Positions 1 to 14,231 of a stretch of DNA of 64,000 bases are shown here, one piece after another. The stretch is from positions 62,001 to 126,000 of the forward strand of contig NW_013547017.1 in the NCBI RefSeq assembly GCF_000711695.1, read 5' to 3'. The position numbers and the translations under genes are program-made. Position 1 is the first letter of the stretch, and each line of letters begins with the position of its first letter. Origin of the DNA: Tilletiaria anomala UBC 951. Its lineage: Eukaryota. A model generated the notes under the pieces. The model searched no databases and was not told the origin of the DNA. It saw only the letters and a list, made by a program, of their open reading frames with translations.

Positions 1-58
1 GTGCTGGAGAGTCACGACTTTGTTTCTCCAATATCGCCAAGAAATGGGCGTAAGGGCT

Positions 59-1124
59 TTAACTGGTGTACATGTACCAGTACGCAAGGCCGCGCAGACT
101 GCCGTTCGAGTTGAAGAAGCGGTTCAGCTTGGAGCCGTAGTTGTCGGGTGGCGTAGCAAAGCACCCGAACCACGAGACGCGGTCGACGTAGCCCAGCGAG
201 TTGAGCCAGCGGATGGCGTTCATATGGAACGTCTTGACCTGGTCCTGCGTCCCGCCCGAAGCGGTTGTCACGCCAAGTTCGGTGACCCAGATTGGTTTGT
301 TCGGGAATGCAGAGCGGACCTTCTGCACGTACGACTTGAAACTCGCCAGGCTCTTTGAATCAGAGCCGCCGTACCAGTGGATTGCAGTCACATCCCATTC
401 CAACCCGTATTGTGATTTGAGGATCGAGGCAGTTTCTTGTAGCAGCTTGACATTCCAGACAATCTGCGGTGAGGTGATCTAATAAAGTAACGTAGCACAG
501 CGCGGTACGATCGGCAGTGATGAGGACCCACGTATATACATTGTATTGGCTCGCCGGCGGGCCGGCCGGAATCACACTCACCTTCACGCCTTGCGCCTGG
601 TACGGCGCCAAGCTTTTGGCCCACGTCGCTGCTGCGTCGGATGCGCCTTGGTTGGCCTGAGAGCTGACGTCGATCTCGTTCTGGGCGAGAATATACGCCG
701 GGAGCCCGTTCTTGGAGAATTCAGCCTTGCGCTGCGACCATTGGGAGGATTTTCTGGGACCCCAGTAGCAGGGCACGTATTCTATAGCTTTGCTGCAAAC
801 ACGGAATACGAACGCGTAAGAAACATTGGAAGCAAGAGCTGTCAGATGACTCCGTTCGTCAGGTGCACGCCTCTAGAGCGAACCGACTTGCCCATTGAGC
901 ACCGTCAGCGGGCCGTCCTCCCAATGCCAGTACCAGTTGATCATGCCCTTCGCGATGGTGGGTGCCCAGCGAGAGTCTGCGGCCCACGCCAGGCCACGCT
1001 TGGTAGATGATGTTGTACCTCGTTCAGAAAGCGATGTTGCATTCGGAAGAAGGGTTGCGCCGGTACTCAGCGCCGCGGCGGTGATGGTCGCCACACCGGC
1101 AAGAAAGGAGCCGGAGAAACGCAT
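59..1124 (-). CDS. Secreted GH128 beta-1,3-glucanase-like protein (spliced)
   Basis: Signal peptide MRFSGSFLAGVATITAAAL, then KRGLAW, W.WHW, EYVPCYWG, QNEID (acid/base), ITSPQI, AIHWYG, KPIWVTELG (nucleophile) and YVDRVSWFG. Exons joined across introns near 795-902 and 479-581. Confidence 0.85.
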
Positions 1125-3535
1125 GATGAATGACTGACGAGCAAGAACAGAAGAGGGCGGATGGGTGGAGGCAGGCGAATAGGCTACAGGAGCTGGGAAG
1201 AAGAGGATGAAGCAACTGGAGAGCAACTGCTGCTGGAAAATGGAAGAATGAGATGAGGATAATGGACGACTCTGATGGACCATCGATGTTGTGCTTTATG
1301 TACAAATCCGACCATCGAACGTCATGTCGGCTTCTTGTGAGCGTCGCCCTAGTATACTGAGCGATGAATTGGAATAAACGGCAGCACTCCTTTTTGCTGT
1401 GCTCCCTAAAGATGGGCAGCAGACACGGCTGGCTAGACGATAAGCTGTACCGAGCTGAGGAAAATACTCCGACGCTGGTGTGGCAATGGCTGGACAGCCT
1501 AAAGTTTTGTTTGACATGTTGCGCATCAGGTATAAGCCGTGAGTAGGGCGCAAAAATGATATCAGGAAAACTATACGCATGCTGTATTCGAATCTCTATG
1601 CAGGCAGGCAGGTCTATGCAGATGCATGCCTGGGACATGAGAGGACAGACGCATGCTCAGTGATCGGATGAGAATTGAGAATGTTTGACTCGTGGTTGTG
1701 GTCGATTCAGACGAAATTCAGTAATTCACACTCTGCACTCGATTTGCACTTTGAGGGTATGGAGATGGAAGTTGCATAAAGGTGGATTCTAGCTTCAAGC
1801 TGCTCCCCTTGCTCTCACCCATCGCCGAAGAGTCGAGAGTCGAACCGAGTGCGAGCAGGTGCATGTTGCGAGCTGTTTGTCAATTTTTGGTCTTCTGTGA
1901 GGAAAAATGTCTTTGGTTGGGATAGATTGGGATTTGGGTCGTAGGATGAGGGAGCCGCGAGGACGAGATTCAAAAATTGAAAGCCACGGATCGCTTGAGG
2001 AGGCTAATGGGATGGCCAGCGAAGAGGGAGGCTCGTGCGGACTGCTCGCCAAGATGGCCAAGATGAAGATGGGAGGAGGCAATTGGAGTGGCCTGGCGCA
2101 GCAAAGCAGGACAGATGACTTTCGATTATGGACTGGCACCTGTTGAACAGCTTAATGGACACAACAGCACACTACCTCATGAAGCTGAACCGTTCAGGTC
2201 CCGTTTGTTTTGTTACTGCTCCCGAGGACCGCGCTGAAGACGAAAATGCAGCTGTTCTATCCATCGCCATCTCAGTGGCATCGCCCCATCAGCCACCAGA
2301 CGAAAGGGCCAGGAATGGCTTGCCAAACGGGAGAAGGGGGATCTGCAGTTGGTGTGATAAAGGCGAACACCATAAAGGCTAGCGATGTGAATAAGGCTAG
2401 ATTGCCTCGGTTATCATCCGTATGTAGAGCGAGGAGTGCTACAAGCCACATAAAAGAATGGCCTGCGCCTTGTTCATGTCCCCCCCCCGGCTCTGCGCCT
2501 TTTGCGGCAATTGGAAATCATTATCCCAGGAACCTTGTCACGAACTTCCTGCAATCGATGAACAAAGACAGGGTCCTAGGCGCCTACTTAAACAGACTCC
2601 CAACAGTACAAGTTCCAGTTATGTACGCCCAACCATACTGGGGATGCTGCCTGCCTGCTCGGGTTGCTGTGCCAGCCGGCAGGGCTTATTATGGCCAGGA
2701 TGCGCCCTGCCAACGCCAGACGGCCCTGTAGCCTGTATCATGTATGAAAGAGGTCCAATGACCTATGACAACATATGAGATCCAGCTAGGTTCAGTGTAG
2801 ACACTCGCCAGTCTCCAGGCCCACAGTGATCGGCGGAAGAAGGATGAAAGTTTGCGTAGTGCAGCGTGTATGGATGTACTCAAAAGTGCTCAGGCATAAT
2901 TGCAGCTTCACACGGCCGCTCCAGCACCAGCATGTCCACCAGTGACCAGTGCTCCCCTCAGTCCAGCGTCCAGATCCCAGCAGACCCATGTATTATAATA
3001 TACCTTGGTAGCCTGGTACATGCCCACATACGCATCGCGCTGCTTGACGTTCTGACCACCTGTCGTCTGTCCATGGCCGCATGACCACTGACCTGGTCTG
3101 ATCAGTGACTCTCCTAATCGCAGCAGTGGCTTAGTGTCGCCCGGGTAACCCAGACCGCAGATGGTGCGCATAAGTCTTTATGCTTCGACTTTGACGAGTC
3201 TGGGTGTCCGGTATTTTCATGGGTTCTTGTCTGGAGATCATCGGTCAGTAGCTCGATGCGCACTCGCGACTTGTGGCGGGGTGCAGAGCTGGACATTGGA
3301 CAGACTTTGGGACAACGAACGTCATCCTTCAGGAATGCCCGGGCACAGTCACCGAGGGAGACATGCGACAAAGACTCTTGTGTCTCCTTTCTAACAAACT
3401 GCATTCACGTGCATAACACCTTCGTACCAAGTAGTATTAAATATATTACAGTAAGTCGCAATATGTGCACGCTGTACAAGAACGTGAGAGCAAGCCAACG
3501 CGCGGTCAAGCTGACCACATTGCGCCGCATGCATG

Positions 3536-5700
3536 TCAATCTGGTCCCTCGTCGTCCGTCAATTCCTCCACTGCCTCAATGCCTGCATGTCGACCCCCGA
3601 GCCCGCGCCGCTTCGCCCAGTGCCACCCATCCGAATAGGGAGGAACCCTGATGGGTAGCAAGATGGAGAAATAAGAACTGTGACCATGCGAGCAAGTTGC
3701 AACGTAAGGACTTGTGAGCTTCTTTACCGTCTGTGTGGCATGGACACATGGAACAGCATACAACTCACTATTTCGAATCTTCGCCGACATTGAAGAATAA
3801 CTCCAAGTTGCGCCGCGGCCCCAGATCATAGACGTTGATGAACTTTTGCCCGCGCCGCTTGGCCAGCGCATCGTAATGCGCGTTATCATGAGACTCGACG
3901 CTCGTTTCGCCATGCGCAACGAGCACAAGCTGCCAGATGGACATGACGCCCAGCCCGACGGCCATGATGGTGGCGAGTAGCCAGGTGAGAAGAACAAACA
4001 CGCGCGGCGTATATGCATGCGGCCACTGGGGAAACGAGGGTGGTTGGGCACCACGCGTGAGCGTCCAGTCAGCTTATGCGACGTATTGAGAAAGGACCCA
4101 CAGGCTCATTGATTTGCACAGCCAAGTAAGCGACCTGCCACCCCGAACCGGTGATGATGACACATGCAAGGCCCAACCAGACCACGAAAAGCACAAAGTA
4201 GCGCTCGTTGCCGAGCCCAACGCATTGGTTTAGCCACGGACAGTGATGGTCCTAGCGAGCCGAACATGCGGACAGCCAAGTGAGCTCAGGCGACGCGCTC
4301 CCATATAATCAAAATGTACCAACTCACATATTTCAGAACACACGCTTTGCATATCGAACAGTGATGCGTTCGCTCAGGCTTGGGCGGAGGTACCAACTTG
4401 CTCGCGTCCGGCTCCCCAAGCCAATCCGCCACTCCAGCCTCGTCTTCATCGTAACCCGGAGGCCCGAGCTTGTCCATGCGAAAGCTGCCCTCATCATCAG
4501 CAAGGACGTCGTCTTGCGCCTCTGATGGCCCTCTCTTGCGTTTGCCCCGGAGCGCTCGCTCCACCAGCCGCAATTCCGGAGGAAGCGAGATCAGCGCGCG
4601 CGACAGCGGCACAGGCGTGCACTTCGTGCACATCTTTGACAGTGGGAAGAGGTCGTCCGAGTCTTCGTCCAGGTGGTCCGCGATTCGCTCGTGCGCCTCC
4701 AACGACTCCCATGACTTTCTTGGTGGAGGGCTCGGAGACGCACGGGTTACTGCAGCCGAGGACAGGTTTCGAATCGCACCTGGTCGCGGTTGCGGAGCGA
4801 GAAGGTTATGCCCGGTAACTCCTGTCGCCCGAGACGAAGCGACGCTCGAAGTGGACGAGCTGGACCGGTGCGAGTGGCGGCTCTGCATCTGCGATTGCCC
4901 AAACGAGTCGTTCAAACGATGCAGTTCGTGTGAAGAAGAGGAGGCCGGCGATGCGCCCGCCTGATGAGACGATGCAGCCGTCGGCGCATGTAGGGGTAAA
5001 TTCGTCTCTTGAATAGCATCTGAAGCCTGCCACTTTGCACGCGCATCCGAGGTCGATTTTGTCTTCTTCATGATGTTGTCTATGTGCTCTTCGTTGGATT
5101 TGAGCACCGACATGGGTATCGCGGGTTCAACGACAAGAGCTCGTCGTTTCACAGTTGCTGTACTCGCTCGCGCTGCTCGCGTCCTTACGCTAGCCCACCA
5201 TGCGCTGCTGCCTTCTCCACTACGCTTCTCTCTCAGCACTGATGAAAGGCCTTCGGTGACACTTCCTGGCGGCTCTGTTGCCGCCATGTAGTAGTGGAAG
5301 AAGATCGAGTACACAATGTAGCAGCATGCGGCGAGGTTCAGATGAAAGACCGATGTTACGAGTGGATCTCGCGCGAAGCTTTCGAGCATAGCTGGCGGCA
5401 ACGACTGAAGGAACTTGCTTTTAGATCCACGCGAAGTTAGTCTCGCATACGTAGGGGGTAACGTTGCCAATGTGCAGAACATCGTCGTGACTGATACAAG
5501 CTGACTGTCAGAGATGGTTGCGGCTCTTATTCGGTCAACATGGTTGGTGCCCACTCACAGAAAGACCATGCTCCGATTGAGACCAGGGCCGTGCACAGCA
5601 GCACAAACACTGGACCTGCCCTTCCTGTGAGCCAATCTGCGGCATGTTCGACTCGGCGAAAGGAGCGATGGACGATTCGAGCGCAGTACCGCATGACCAT
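3536..5700 (-). CDS. DHHC palmitoyltransferase (spliced)
   Basis: [40 protein letters not shown] across the intron near 4252-4317, several TM segments, GETSVE (TTxE-like) and [11 protein letters not shown] motifs. Last exon ends [10 protein letters not shown]. Confidence 0.9.
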
Positions 5701-6603
5701 CTTCAGCAGGTGAGGGTAATTCGGCGGCCCTTCAAAAAGTGGTGAGGGAGAGTTCAAGGCTATTGTCGATCGAGCTGATATTTACCGCATGCTGCCCCTC
5801 GTCCTTAACCCACCGATGTGCGGTCCTGTTGGTTGAGCGCATGCATGCCAAAGCTTTCATGCAGCTTGCTACGGGATTCGTGGTCGTACACAACCAATCG
5901 CATTTGCCAATAATCACATAGCTATAGCCTGGGCAAAGTGGATCCCAAAAAAGTGTCCCTTTTGGCGCCTCACGCAGCCCTCCATCGTCTCGTTGCATGA
6001 GTAGTCATCAGTTATCACTCTCACCACGTATCGCGCGATCACATTGCACCCCTCACTCGATTGGGTGTACCACTGCAGCGGTGAAACTCTGATGGGCCTG
6101 CAAGCTCGATATGAACTACACCACGCTGCTTCGTCCTTGTGGCAGCACGAGCGAGTGCGAAACGCCCAGCTGCAGGCTGTGGGCAAGAGGAAGCAAGGGT
6201 GGCAGCCAAAGCCGACAGCTCATCGCAGACACCCATTTGCATATGCCATAATGAGCGCACCGCGCTAGTCCCTGCGTGCGTGATGCGGTGGGACAGTGCA
6301 TGTGAATTGCCTTGATCTCCCACAGGCTCTCTCGATCAGGCTGCCGGTTGCTGTGCCCGGAGTAAGCAGCCGAGGTAAGCTTGCTGCGTCGGGGATGGCA
6401 CACAACGCAGGCGCACTCGGAGCATGGGACGTAACGGTACACAACCGTCAAATGCGCACGCCCTCTGAATGCTGATGAATTTTACCCACTGTCACCTTGC
6501 GCTCAATGCTAACGTCATGTGCACGACCTTTTCGAATGCTATCCTTTCGAGTCCACGTGATTAGTCAAAGACAACAAGCCCGAAGTGGAGGCAGGATTGC
6601 GGT

Positions 6604-7689
6604 CTATGGAACCACTCTCTTTGCCGTCCAGTGCTCGTTTCCTCCGCTGCGTCCGCCCTGGAGCTCAAAGACGCTACGCTTCGATCGAACAAGATCCAAC
6701 ACGTCGACTTTGTAAGGCGCAAGCACTACCAATGCAAAGCTGGGCGGCGCGTTCAAAAAACAAAGCAATTGTCAGCAAGTGCTAAGAAAGCTCCAGTGCA
6801 GTGTGAAACTCACTTTTTGTCCGACAGAGCCAGTGCATCCTGGTCAGCTTTCGTTTCCGCATCTCCGGGTTTGGGCAACTCCATAGGCCATGGGTTCGCT
6901 TTGTCATTCAATCCATCTTCGTGGTCCTTCCCAGCGCCTTCGGCATCGATCTCGTTGCCGTTTGGATGCTCGCTGCCTGGCGTGGGTCGGGCAAAGGAAG
7001 CGAGCAAGCCGAGGCTCATTTTTTCAAAGATTCGGCTGCGTTCAAAAGCCCAGTCGAAGGACGTGGGTCGCTTGGACGATAGCGAGGCAGGAGGTGGCAC
7101 CAGCTTGCTACCATCAAAGCCCATATAATGCTCATTGTCAGCGTGAGGGAGAAGGTGGGCGGTGCAAGCGAGTCGGAACTGATTAGAACATAAAAGTCAT
7201 CCTTAGCCGCCGGTTTCAGATATGATCAACTTGCCGTCGATCGCACCTGTAGCTGTGCCTTCTCCATCCACCAAGCAATTTCAACATGTGCCTCGCCTTC
7301 CTGCTGTTGCTGCTTGAGGATCTGCTGGGCCTTTGGCGAACGGATGTCCGTGGTGGTGAGCAAGCATGTGTTCATCCCGTAATCTGCCTGGGCCGGCTCG
7401 ACGCCAGACTCAGTCGTCTTGGAGCGCTGCTCATTGACAAAGCCGCGATGGACAACATAGCGGGCTTGTGGACGAATAGAGGGTCCAAGGTTCACGGTGC
7501 TGAGAACGTAATACACTGCATACGCCGTCAAGTGCGAAGGTAAGGCGTGGTCAATACGAGACTACATAGCATGGTGAAGTGTGTAGTTTGAGACGTACAA
7601 ACAGACCCCTCTTCTTTGGTGCGGTGGGCCACGGTCGTCTGCGTGATCAATTCTTTCCATTGAGGAACTGGCGAAGTATTGGTAGCCAT
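6604..7689 (-). CDS. Pyridoxamine 5'-phosphate oxidase-like FMN-binding split-barrel protein (spliced)
   Basis: PQWK, YVLSTV, PQARYVVHRGF, LLTTTDIRSPK, VEIAWW, ERSRIFEKMS..LLASF and FALVVLAPYKVDVLDL...W..KRVVP* match the Pyridox_oxase_2-type pattern. Confidence 0.75.
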
Positions 7690-10600
7690 GTTGGACGTTA
7701 AAACAGCAGGAGATGCAGAGAATAGGCTTGCAACGTGAGAAATGCGAGAAGTCGCCTGAAGGTATCCCGCAACCATGGGACGCGTGTGCCACGTTGGAGA
7801 ATCGATGGTGTTCAAATGGCTCAATTCGTCGGAGAATACCCGGCCATGAATGCGTATATACAAGTGTCTCCTGTGAGTGGAACACTTTCCGATTCAAGCA
7901 ACTTGCTTGCTGGTAGGGGCTTTCACTGGCTCTGATGAGTAAGTCGATCTACGAAGTGTGTGCGACGACTAATGCGGTGATTCGCCAAGTGATGCGCATG
8001 AATTGGTGTCCGTGATTGCTCCAGTGATGTCACCCAATCACCGTGATGGTCACGTGATCAGCCGTTTTGTTAATTCCGCGGATGTGGCTGTTGGACTACC
8101 CGCAAAAGCACCAAGCATCAAGTACCAAATTATGAGCATAACTTGTCACTAAGTCTTGTTAATATGTGAATCTCGTCACGATCATTGACCACTATGCTGG
8201 GATCCTTTGTTTGGTCTTTGGACTGGCGTTGCAACCTAGTGGTACACAGTAGCCTAGTCTCGTAAATTGTAGCACCGCCCCTACGAGCAGAGATTGATTG
8301 AGACGAGAGGAAAATATTGTATGAGTATGTACACGTACTCAATACATGAAGAGCGCTCTTTCCGCCGGCTGGCGGGGCGCCGGAGGATGACATCATTATC
8401 CTTGACTAAGAGAGATGTACCAAATTGCAACAAGGTTGAACTCTCTTTGAGATCCACCAAAGCGCGCTTCCTTCCATGTCAGGAGAGGATGGACGACGGA
8501 ATGCAATATTCATCCGCATATATTGAGGTCGAAGATGGATAATCAAGACGAAGTGTATCATGCCAAAGCGTGTCCACCCAAGCCGTCAGCGCCGTTTCTC
8601 ACCCTGCACCTTCTTTGACTTTGCGAGATACCTACACTTTTAGTTGCTGATCAATCAAGCCCAGTCGGCATGCTCTGACAGAGACTGAGTCAGCCAGGGA
8701 CAGTTCAAAAACTCTATTTAGGGTGCCTTAATCATGAATCAGAACCTGGGTCCTGGCACGTCATGTGTTTTGACCGCACGGTTACTTCAGGCAGCGCGAA
8801 GCTGATCGTTGATCTAGCTAAGCTCATTGGGCTGCCGCAGGTGAAACGAGGTCAGCAAGCATTCGGGAACACCATTGTGGCGATGACGCAACTGACTGAC
8901 CTTCCCACTGGGCCTTTTGGGATAGCCCGACGACAGTGGTGGAGGGCACCCAGCAATCTTGTCGCGTGCGATCCATCTTCTTTACCAATGAACAATCTTG
9001 GATAAAAAAACTGTTGAACGGGTGAAAATAACCTGAATGCGAACCTCCTCAGGGTGTGTTAAATTAAAAAAATCCAAGTGGTTCTTCAGCATGACCCTTT
9101 GGATCTCAGAGTATAAAATGATTCCCGCAATTCATCAGTAAGTTCCCTAACGCCCTTTGGGGGTGTTCCAGGCACTTTTTCTTCGGTGTGCGGCAAAAGA
9201 TTGGATGAAATTTACCCTAGCTCCAACACCCCGCAAGCCCTTAAGGGGTGAGGCCCTCCCTATAAACTATGAAGAGGATGAACACCTCACTGAGGGTTTT
9301 GTGCGTGGGTGGTGACGGCTCGCGCTGCCTCCATCCGTTGCAGCCGAGATACATAAGTTTGAAGTTGTTGCTCCGTACCACGTCGTTACGGCAACTGTCG
9401 CGGCGCCAAGCGGCAGCCCGGCAGAGCTGCGCTGACGGCATGGACAGCCGACTGATAGACTGGCCGGCTCACGTCTCACGTCTCACACTCCGTTGACGGC
9501 GGAGCCACGGCAGCCGAACAATGCAAACTAAAAAAAATCGGAGCCTCCGACCCAATGCTGTTGTTCTGACTCCACCAATCCACGAGAATCCTCTCCTTCA
9601 ATCAAATACTCGAAGCGCACCACTATACAAACATATCGCACCTCGATCGAACGCGGCGACAGCACGCCAAGGCCTGCAATCAATGCAGCACTATACATGC
9701 ACATTTTTGTTCTGTAGGTCAGAGAGTAGAGGGTAGCGCCACACCAACATTCGCCAGAGCATGAACGATACTATATTGATCAGAGTGTGGACTTCTACAA
9801 TGACATGGGGAGCATGAAGTTGCGGATGGCACCGTGAAACGTGTCGCCAGTCGACCGTTGGTCGTCCCCAGGAGTGGCCCTCGAAGCGGTCGGCTGCAGC
9901 GGCAAGTGTAGCAAACAGAACGGGTTCAGCGTCCATCAATCAGCATCCTTGTTTGACATACGCAGCATGTCTTGGTGTGTGCAACAACCTTATCGCATCA
10001 TATAGATAGAAGTCACGCGCATCTCATCGCATTCCCTCACTGTATCTAGGCCCTAACCAATGCTCTTTCTGTTCAGAAAGTGACTCGCACCTGTTCGCTC
10101 TGCTTCCGGCAAAGTAGTCTCTGGAGGCCCCGGCCTGCCAGCCAAAAAAGTGAGACACAGGATATGCAAAGAGTATGCACATAAAATTATGGACTTTGAA
10201 ACGTGAAAGCATGAAATGTGAACGGTCCCACAGACCCCGGTGCTGTATCAAACAGTGCGGTATCCCGACAATCCGATATTCAAAACTCGCAACATGCCCA
10301 CAGACAAAACCCTTGAACGCTCTGTATGCTGTGAACGGGTTTTGCCTTCAGTAGGTAATATATGGTCAGTAGTCAGTTCTCAGTGTGTCATTGATGGAAG
10401 AAAATACAAGAGCTTCGTCCAGTTTCGTTATAGAATGCCGCCATTGATCCATTGCATGAGCACGTGCGGCTTGAGCTCATTCGACCGGGCTCTCCTCTAC
10501 TCTCCAATCCAGCAGGATGTAGGTGCAGTACATGTGCATCATTGAAGTCTCAGGATACAAATATATGTACGAAGTTACAAGCAGGTCTGACGTCTGTCAT

Positions 10601-11041
10601 ATATGCTCAACTATCCATATATGCTTGTATCAATTGATGTCAACCAGTGGGCAGAGTGGCCGGACTGGGGCGAACAGCTGTCAAGCGGCAATCTTCAATC
10701 GCCAGAAGAGGGCTATATAATCTATAACCTATAGCCCCGCGCTCTGCACTTGGCAGTAAGCTGCTCGAAACGGCTTGACGAAATCATTGACATTGCAAAC
10801 CTCTACCGTATAGGTACTACTCGGCTCAAGATTCAACGATGGGGCAGCCCACCTCCTTTTTTCATGCGTTTGATCTACCTCCTTCTGTTCTCATCATCCT
10901 TTCCAGTTCTATCAACATTTTGGGCAGGCGCTGAGCTCTAGAAAGTAACGACGTTACTGGCGAAATACGAAATCGAATCATCTCAGCTGTCAAGGAGTGG
11001 CATACCTATTTAAGGTAGAAGTATACCATGCCAAGCGCGCT

Positions 11042-12507
11042 ATGGGCTCGGTGACGTGCTCTGGCACCGGGGAGGGGCCAGAGAAGATACGCTGCATGAC
11101 GAGAGGCCTCGTCGCCAGTTCCAAAAGGGAGATCATCGAGGTGAGCATGGATGGACGCTCTGGCCTCGCGGAACGCAGACTCAGCCGCTACTCTATCAGA
11201 CTTGGACGATCTCCGCATTTCCCGCTCGCAACTCAGCACAAGAGGCTTGCTTCCGCTGGAAATCAAAGCAGCGACTCCTAGCCGATCCCCTCGAGCAGCT
11301 TCATTCTCAGTCGCGCAGCATCGCATCCCCCATCCCACGGTCTGAATGCCACCCCTATGGCGAGTCAAAAACGTTGTCGGCTGGCCTTGCGTTCAACGCG
11401 AAGCAACTTTGCCGGGCACTGAACGATGCTGGGATACAGCTGCCTTGTGCACCTGCCTTCGACCATGAGGGTACACCGTTCTTCACACCGGAAGAGATGG
11501 CGCTGATGCTGCATAGCCTACAAGAGACAGCACAACTGCGTCAACGATATGAACCTGAATCGATTCTAGCAAATCTTTTCATTCCTTATCTGGACGATTC
11601 TGGGATGTGCCTTAACTACCCAGACAGGTCCTACAACATCATTCGTTCCACGCCAATGCGACGAGGCGACTGGAACAATGACCAAGAAGCGTTGAGCTTG
11701 CTGCCGTTCAGCAACGATGGCAGCGTCTACAGCGCACTCTGTAATCATCGCGCTCAACAGCAGCGATCCATTCACCCCGAGGAACTTGAGGAGCTATGGT
11801 GGGATCTTCGCCTGCGCATCGACGGCCCACGCTTGGAGGAAAAGGTTCGCTACTGGTTTCGGCGACTACAACTCCACCTCACCGCGCCGACAGACCGATT
11901 CCCAGTGACAGAGGCTTATGCTCAGTACGAACCTTTCTATCCCCACGCATCATGGGCTGGCAATGAGCAGACAGAGACCCCACATTCAAGTCGCTCTAAC
12001 ATGAAGCAGCTTCCACAAGAGGTGCTCGTGATGATATCGCAAAACTTGGACCTTTACAACCTGATGGCCCTTGGCGAACTCAGCGCGAAAGCGCGGCAAC
12101 GAGTCATTGAGCTGCTGGATGAAGTTGCGCGCGAAGAGATTCGCGTGAACCACCCGTGGATGCTGCCAGCGACGCAGGAGGAGTGGGATAGCTTCAACCA
12201 AGAAGCGGATTGGGCAGCTATTTGGCAAAAGAGTGGGTATCCACCCATGGCCACGCTTGCTTGGAATCCGTACGGAGAAGATCAACAAGGGAGAGACACA
12301 GACTTTCAGCCTCGACATTTCGGAAACCGCAAGCATGGGTCACATCTCCGTTCCTGGGGCGACAGATGTGCACCAGGAATACGCAAAAGTTTCCTTGGTA
12401 TGCATATCTTCGGGTCTGCCTTGATGAGGCATGCTGGTCCATGCTTGCAAGGAAGGCAAAATCGAGCGAGGGCATACCCACTTCAGAACGGAAATCCGTC
12501 GATGTAG
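11042..12507 (+). CDS. F-box domain protein; C-terminus uncertain
   Basis: ATG 11042 (MGSVTCSGTG) and a GTGAGC..CAG intron at 11141-11199 join in frame to the 483-aa ORF. F-box-like MKQLPQEVLVMISQNLDLYNLMALGELS starts at 12001. Confidence 0.6.
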
Positions 12508-12648
12508 GCAACCTTGCAGACATAAATGATGATTAAGAAGCAAATGTCCCCTTGGTTTCCTATAAAAATTTGGTTGACTCAGGAATGAATTAATCTACCA
12601 TCGAGCAATGCACAGATGCTGCAAGCTCGCATGCTGTGGGGCGCTCGG

Positions 12649-13678
12649 CTAAAATGAGTGACCCCCTTCGTCTTTGGCTCTCTCGTATCCTAGCATTGCG
12701 AGGAAGATGGCCCCCATTCGGAGACCATCGTGTTCCTTTTGCGCATTTTGCAGACCTTCCTCGAGCAGATTGCCCGTGATGGCACCCATCTCGGTCTTGA
12801 CTGACATGATCAGCTCCACGATTTCCCGGTTAAACTCCGGATGGCCTTGGGTAGTGAGGACGTGCAGCGAGCGTGCCGGCAATGGCCCGGACGACGATAT
12901 CCCGCTGTCCGAGATGTCGAAGGCGAGGTAAGCAGAGGTGTTCACTACGCTCGGAATTGGTGGACATTCTGTTGGGTAGCGCAACGCAATGCCTTGGATA
13001 GGAGTGCGAGCCGTGGACGCCAAGTTGATGAACTCCTCTCCGTTGAAATCGGGCGGGAGTTCTATGACCTCATCACGGTGGACTTGCTGCAGCCGAAGGC
13101 AGCTTGACTCTTCCGGCTCCCAATTCAACAACTCCTTGCCCTCTTCAGTCATCTGCGCATCGTACACTCCCACCTGCAATCACGGACATCCTTTTTGAGT
13201 TCACGAGTAAAAACGAGCTCGAAAGGAAAGTCACATATGTGCTCACCTCCCACCCTCTCGGGTTCAACTTAACTTCTGCGCCGAATGCACGGCCGACAAT
13301 CTGATGCCCGTAACAGATACCGATAATGCGCACGAGCGGGTGCTCCTCTGCGATCTTGGCCACAAATTGGACCAGCTTGTTGCTCCAGGGAACGTCTGCG
13401 TGAGCACTAGAAGCGGAGCCAGTGATCATGATGGCATCCCATAGGCCGTCCGATAGCTGCCCTTCATCCGGGTATTCCTGCTTGTGCACGACATCGAACG
13501 GCCGTATTCGCAGGTCGAGGCTCTCTTGCCATCTATGACGCTTCACGGTGTTTGCAGACTGCTGGAGGAAGTTCTTGTAGATCTTCTCGTAATCGCCGTA
13601 AGCGGCCACCACCGGTTCCGGCGGCGTGTCTGCGACCAGCAAAGCGATCGAAATGTTTTTCTTGGATCCTGATGCCAT
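12649..13678 (-). CDS. Class I glutamine amidotransferase-like protein (YLR126C-like), one intron
   Basis: DAIMITGS, nucleophile GICYGHQ, GWE|VG across the intron near 13174-13245, and QGHPEF His-Glu motif. Confidence 0.9.
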
Positions 13679-14231
13679 CTTTTCACGCGTTCCCTCTTTC
13701 TTTTACCCGCGTACAATGTGCGCTTGCTCTCATCAGCTGATAAGTGGTTTCAACAAGGAAACAGGAGCGCTTGTATTCACCGCATGAAACACTGTCCATG
13801 CGGTGTTAACCCCTCGGCGGAAACGAATGTGATGCTTCGGCCACTCTTCTCTTCTGGGCTATGGAAGAGGCAGACGCTGAGACCCAAGATTTCACGTGTA
13901 TCGGTGCAAACAAGAGTATATATTTCGTTGATACCACCTATGAACTAACATGAGGGTAGCGCGCGCCGCACAACGTGATGCAGCCTATGTCAGCATGAGC
14001 GCATGAGCGGCGCGCTTTCGGACACCGGGGGCTCGAGCTTCAATAATGCGAACTGTGAGAGAGGGTAGTGGCGTGGTACGAGTCGAAATGGCAGCAAGAA
14101 CAGTCAAAAGCCAGGTCCATTGTTCTTCTTGGGCATGTCCATTTCAATAATATAAGTCAGTCCAGTTGCTGCCCGTCAATTCCATGCGCAGGGCGGATTG
14201 TGGTGGAACACAGGATGTAACCACGGTCGAA

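Noticed and set aside
1300..3500. Short ORFs between the GH128 and DHHC genes
   Set aside because: No recognisable domains or consistent exon structure; treated as intergenic or unrecognisably decayed.
9140..9225. CCCTAA-like words (also TTAACCCT near 57425) as telomerase RNA template or telomeric repeats
   Set aside because: Only single partial units; no 1.5-repeat template or tandem array.
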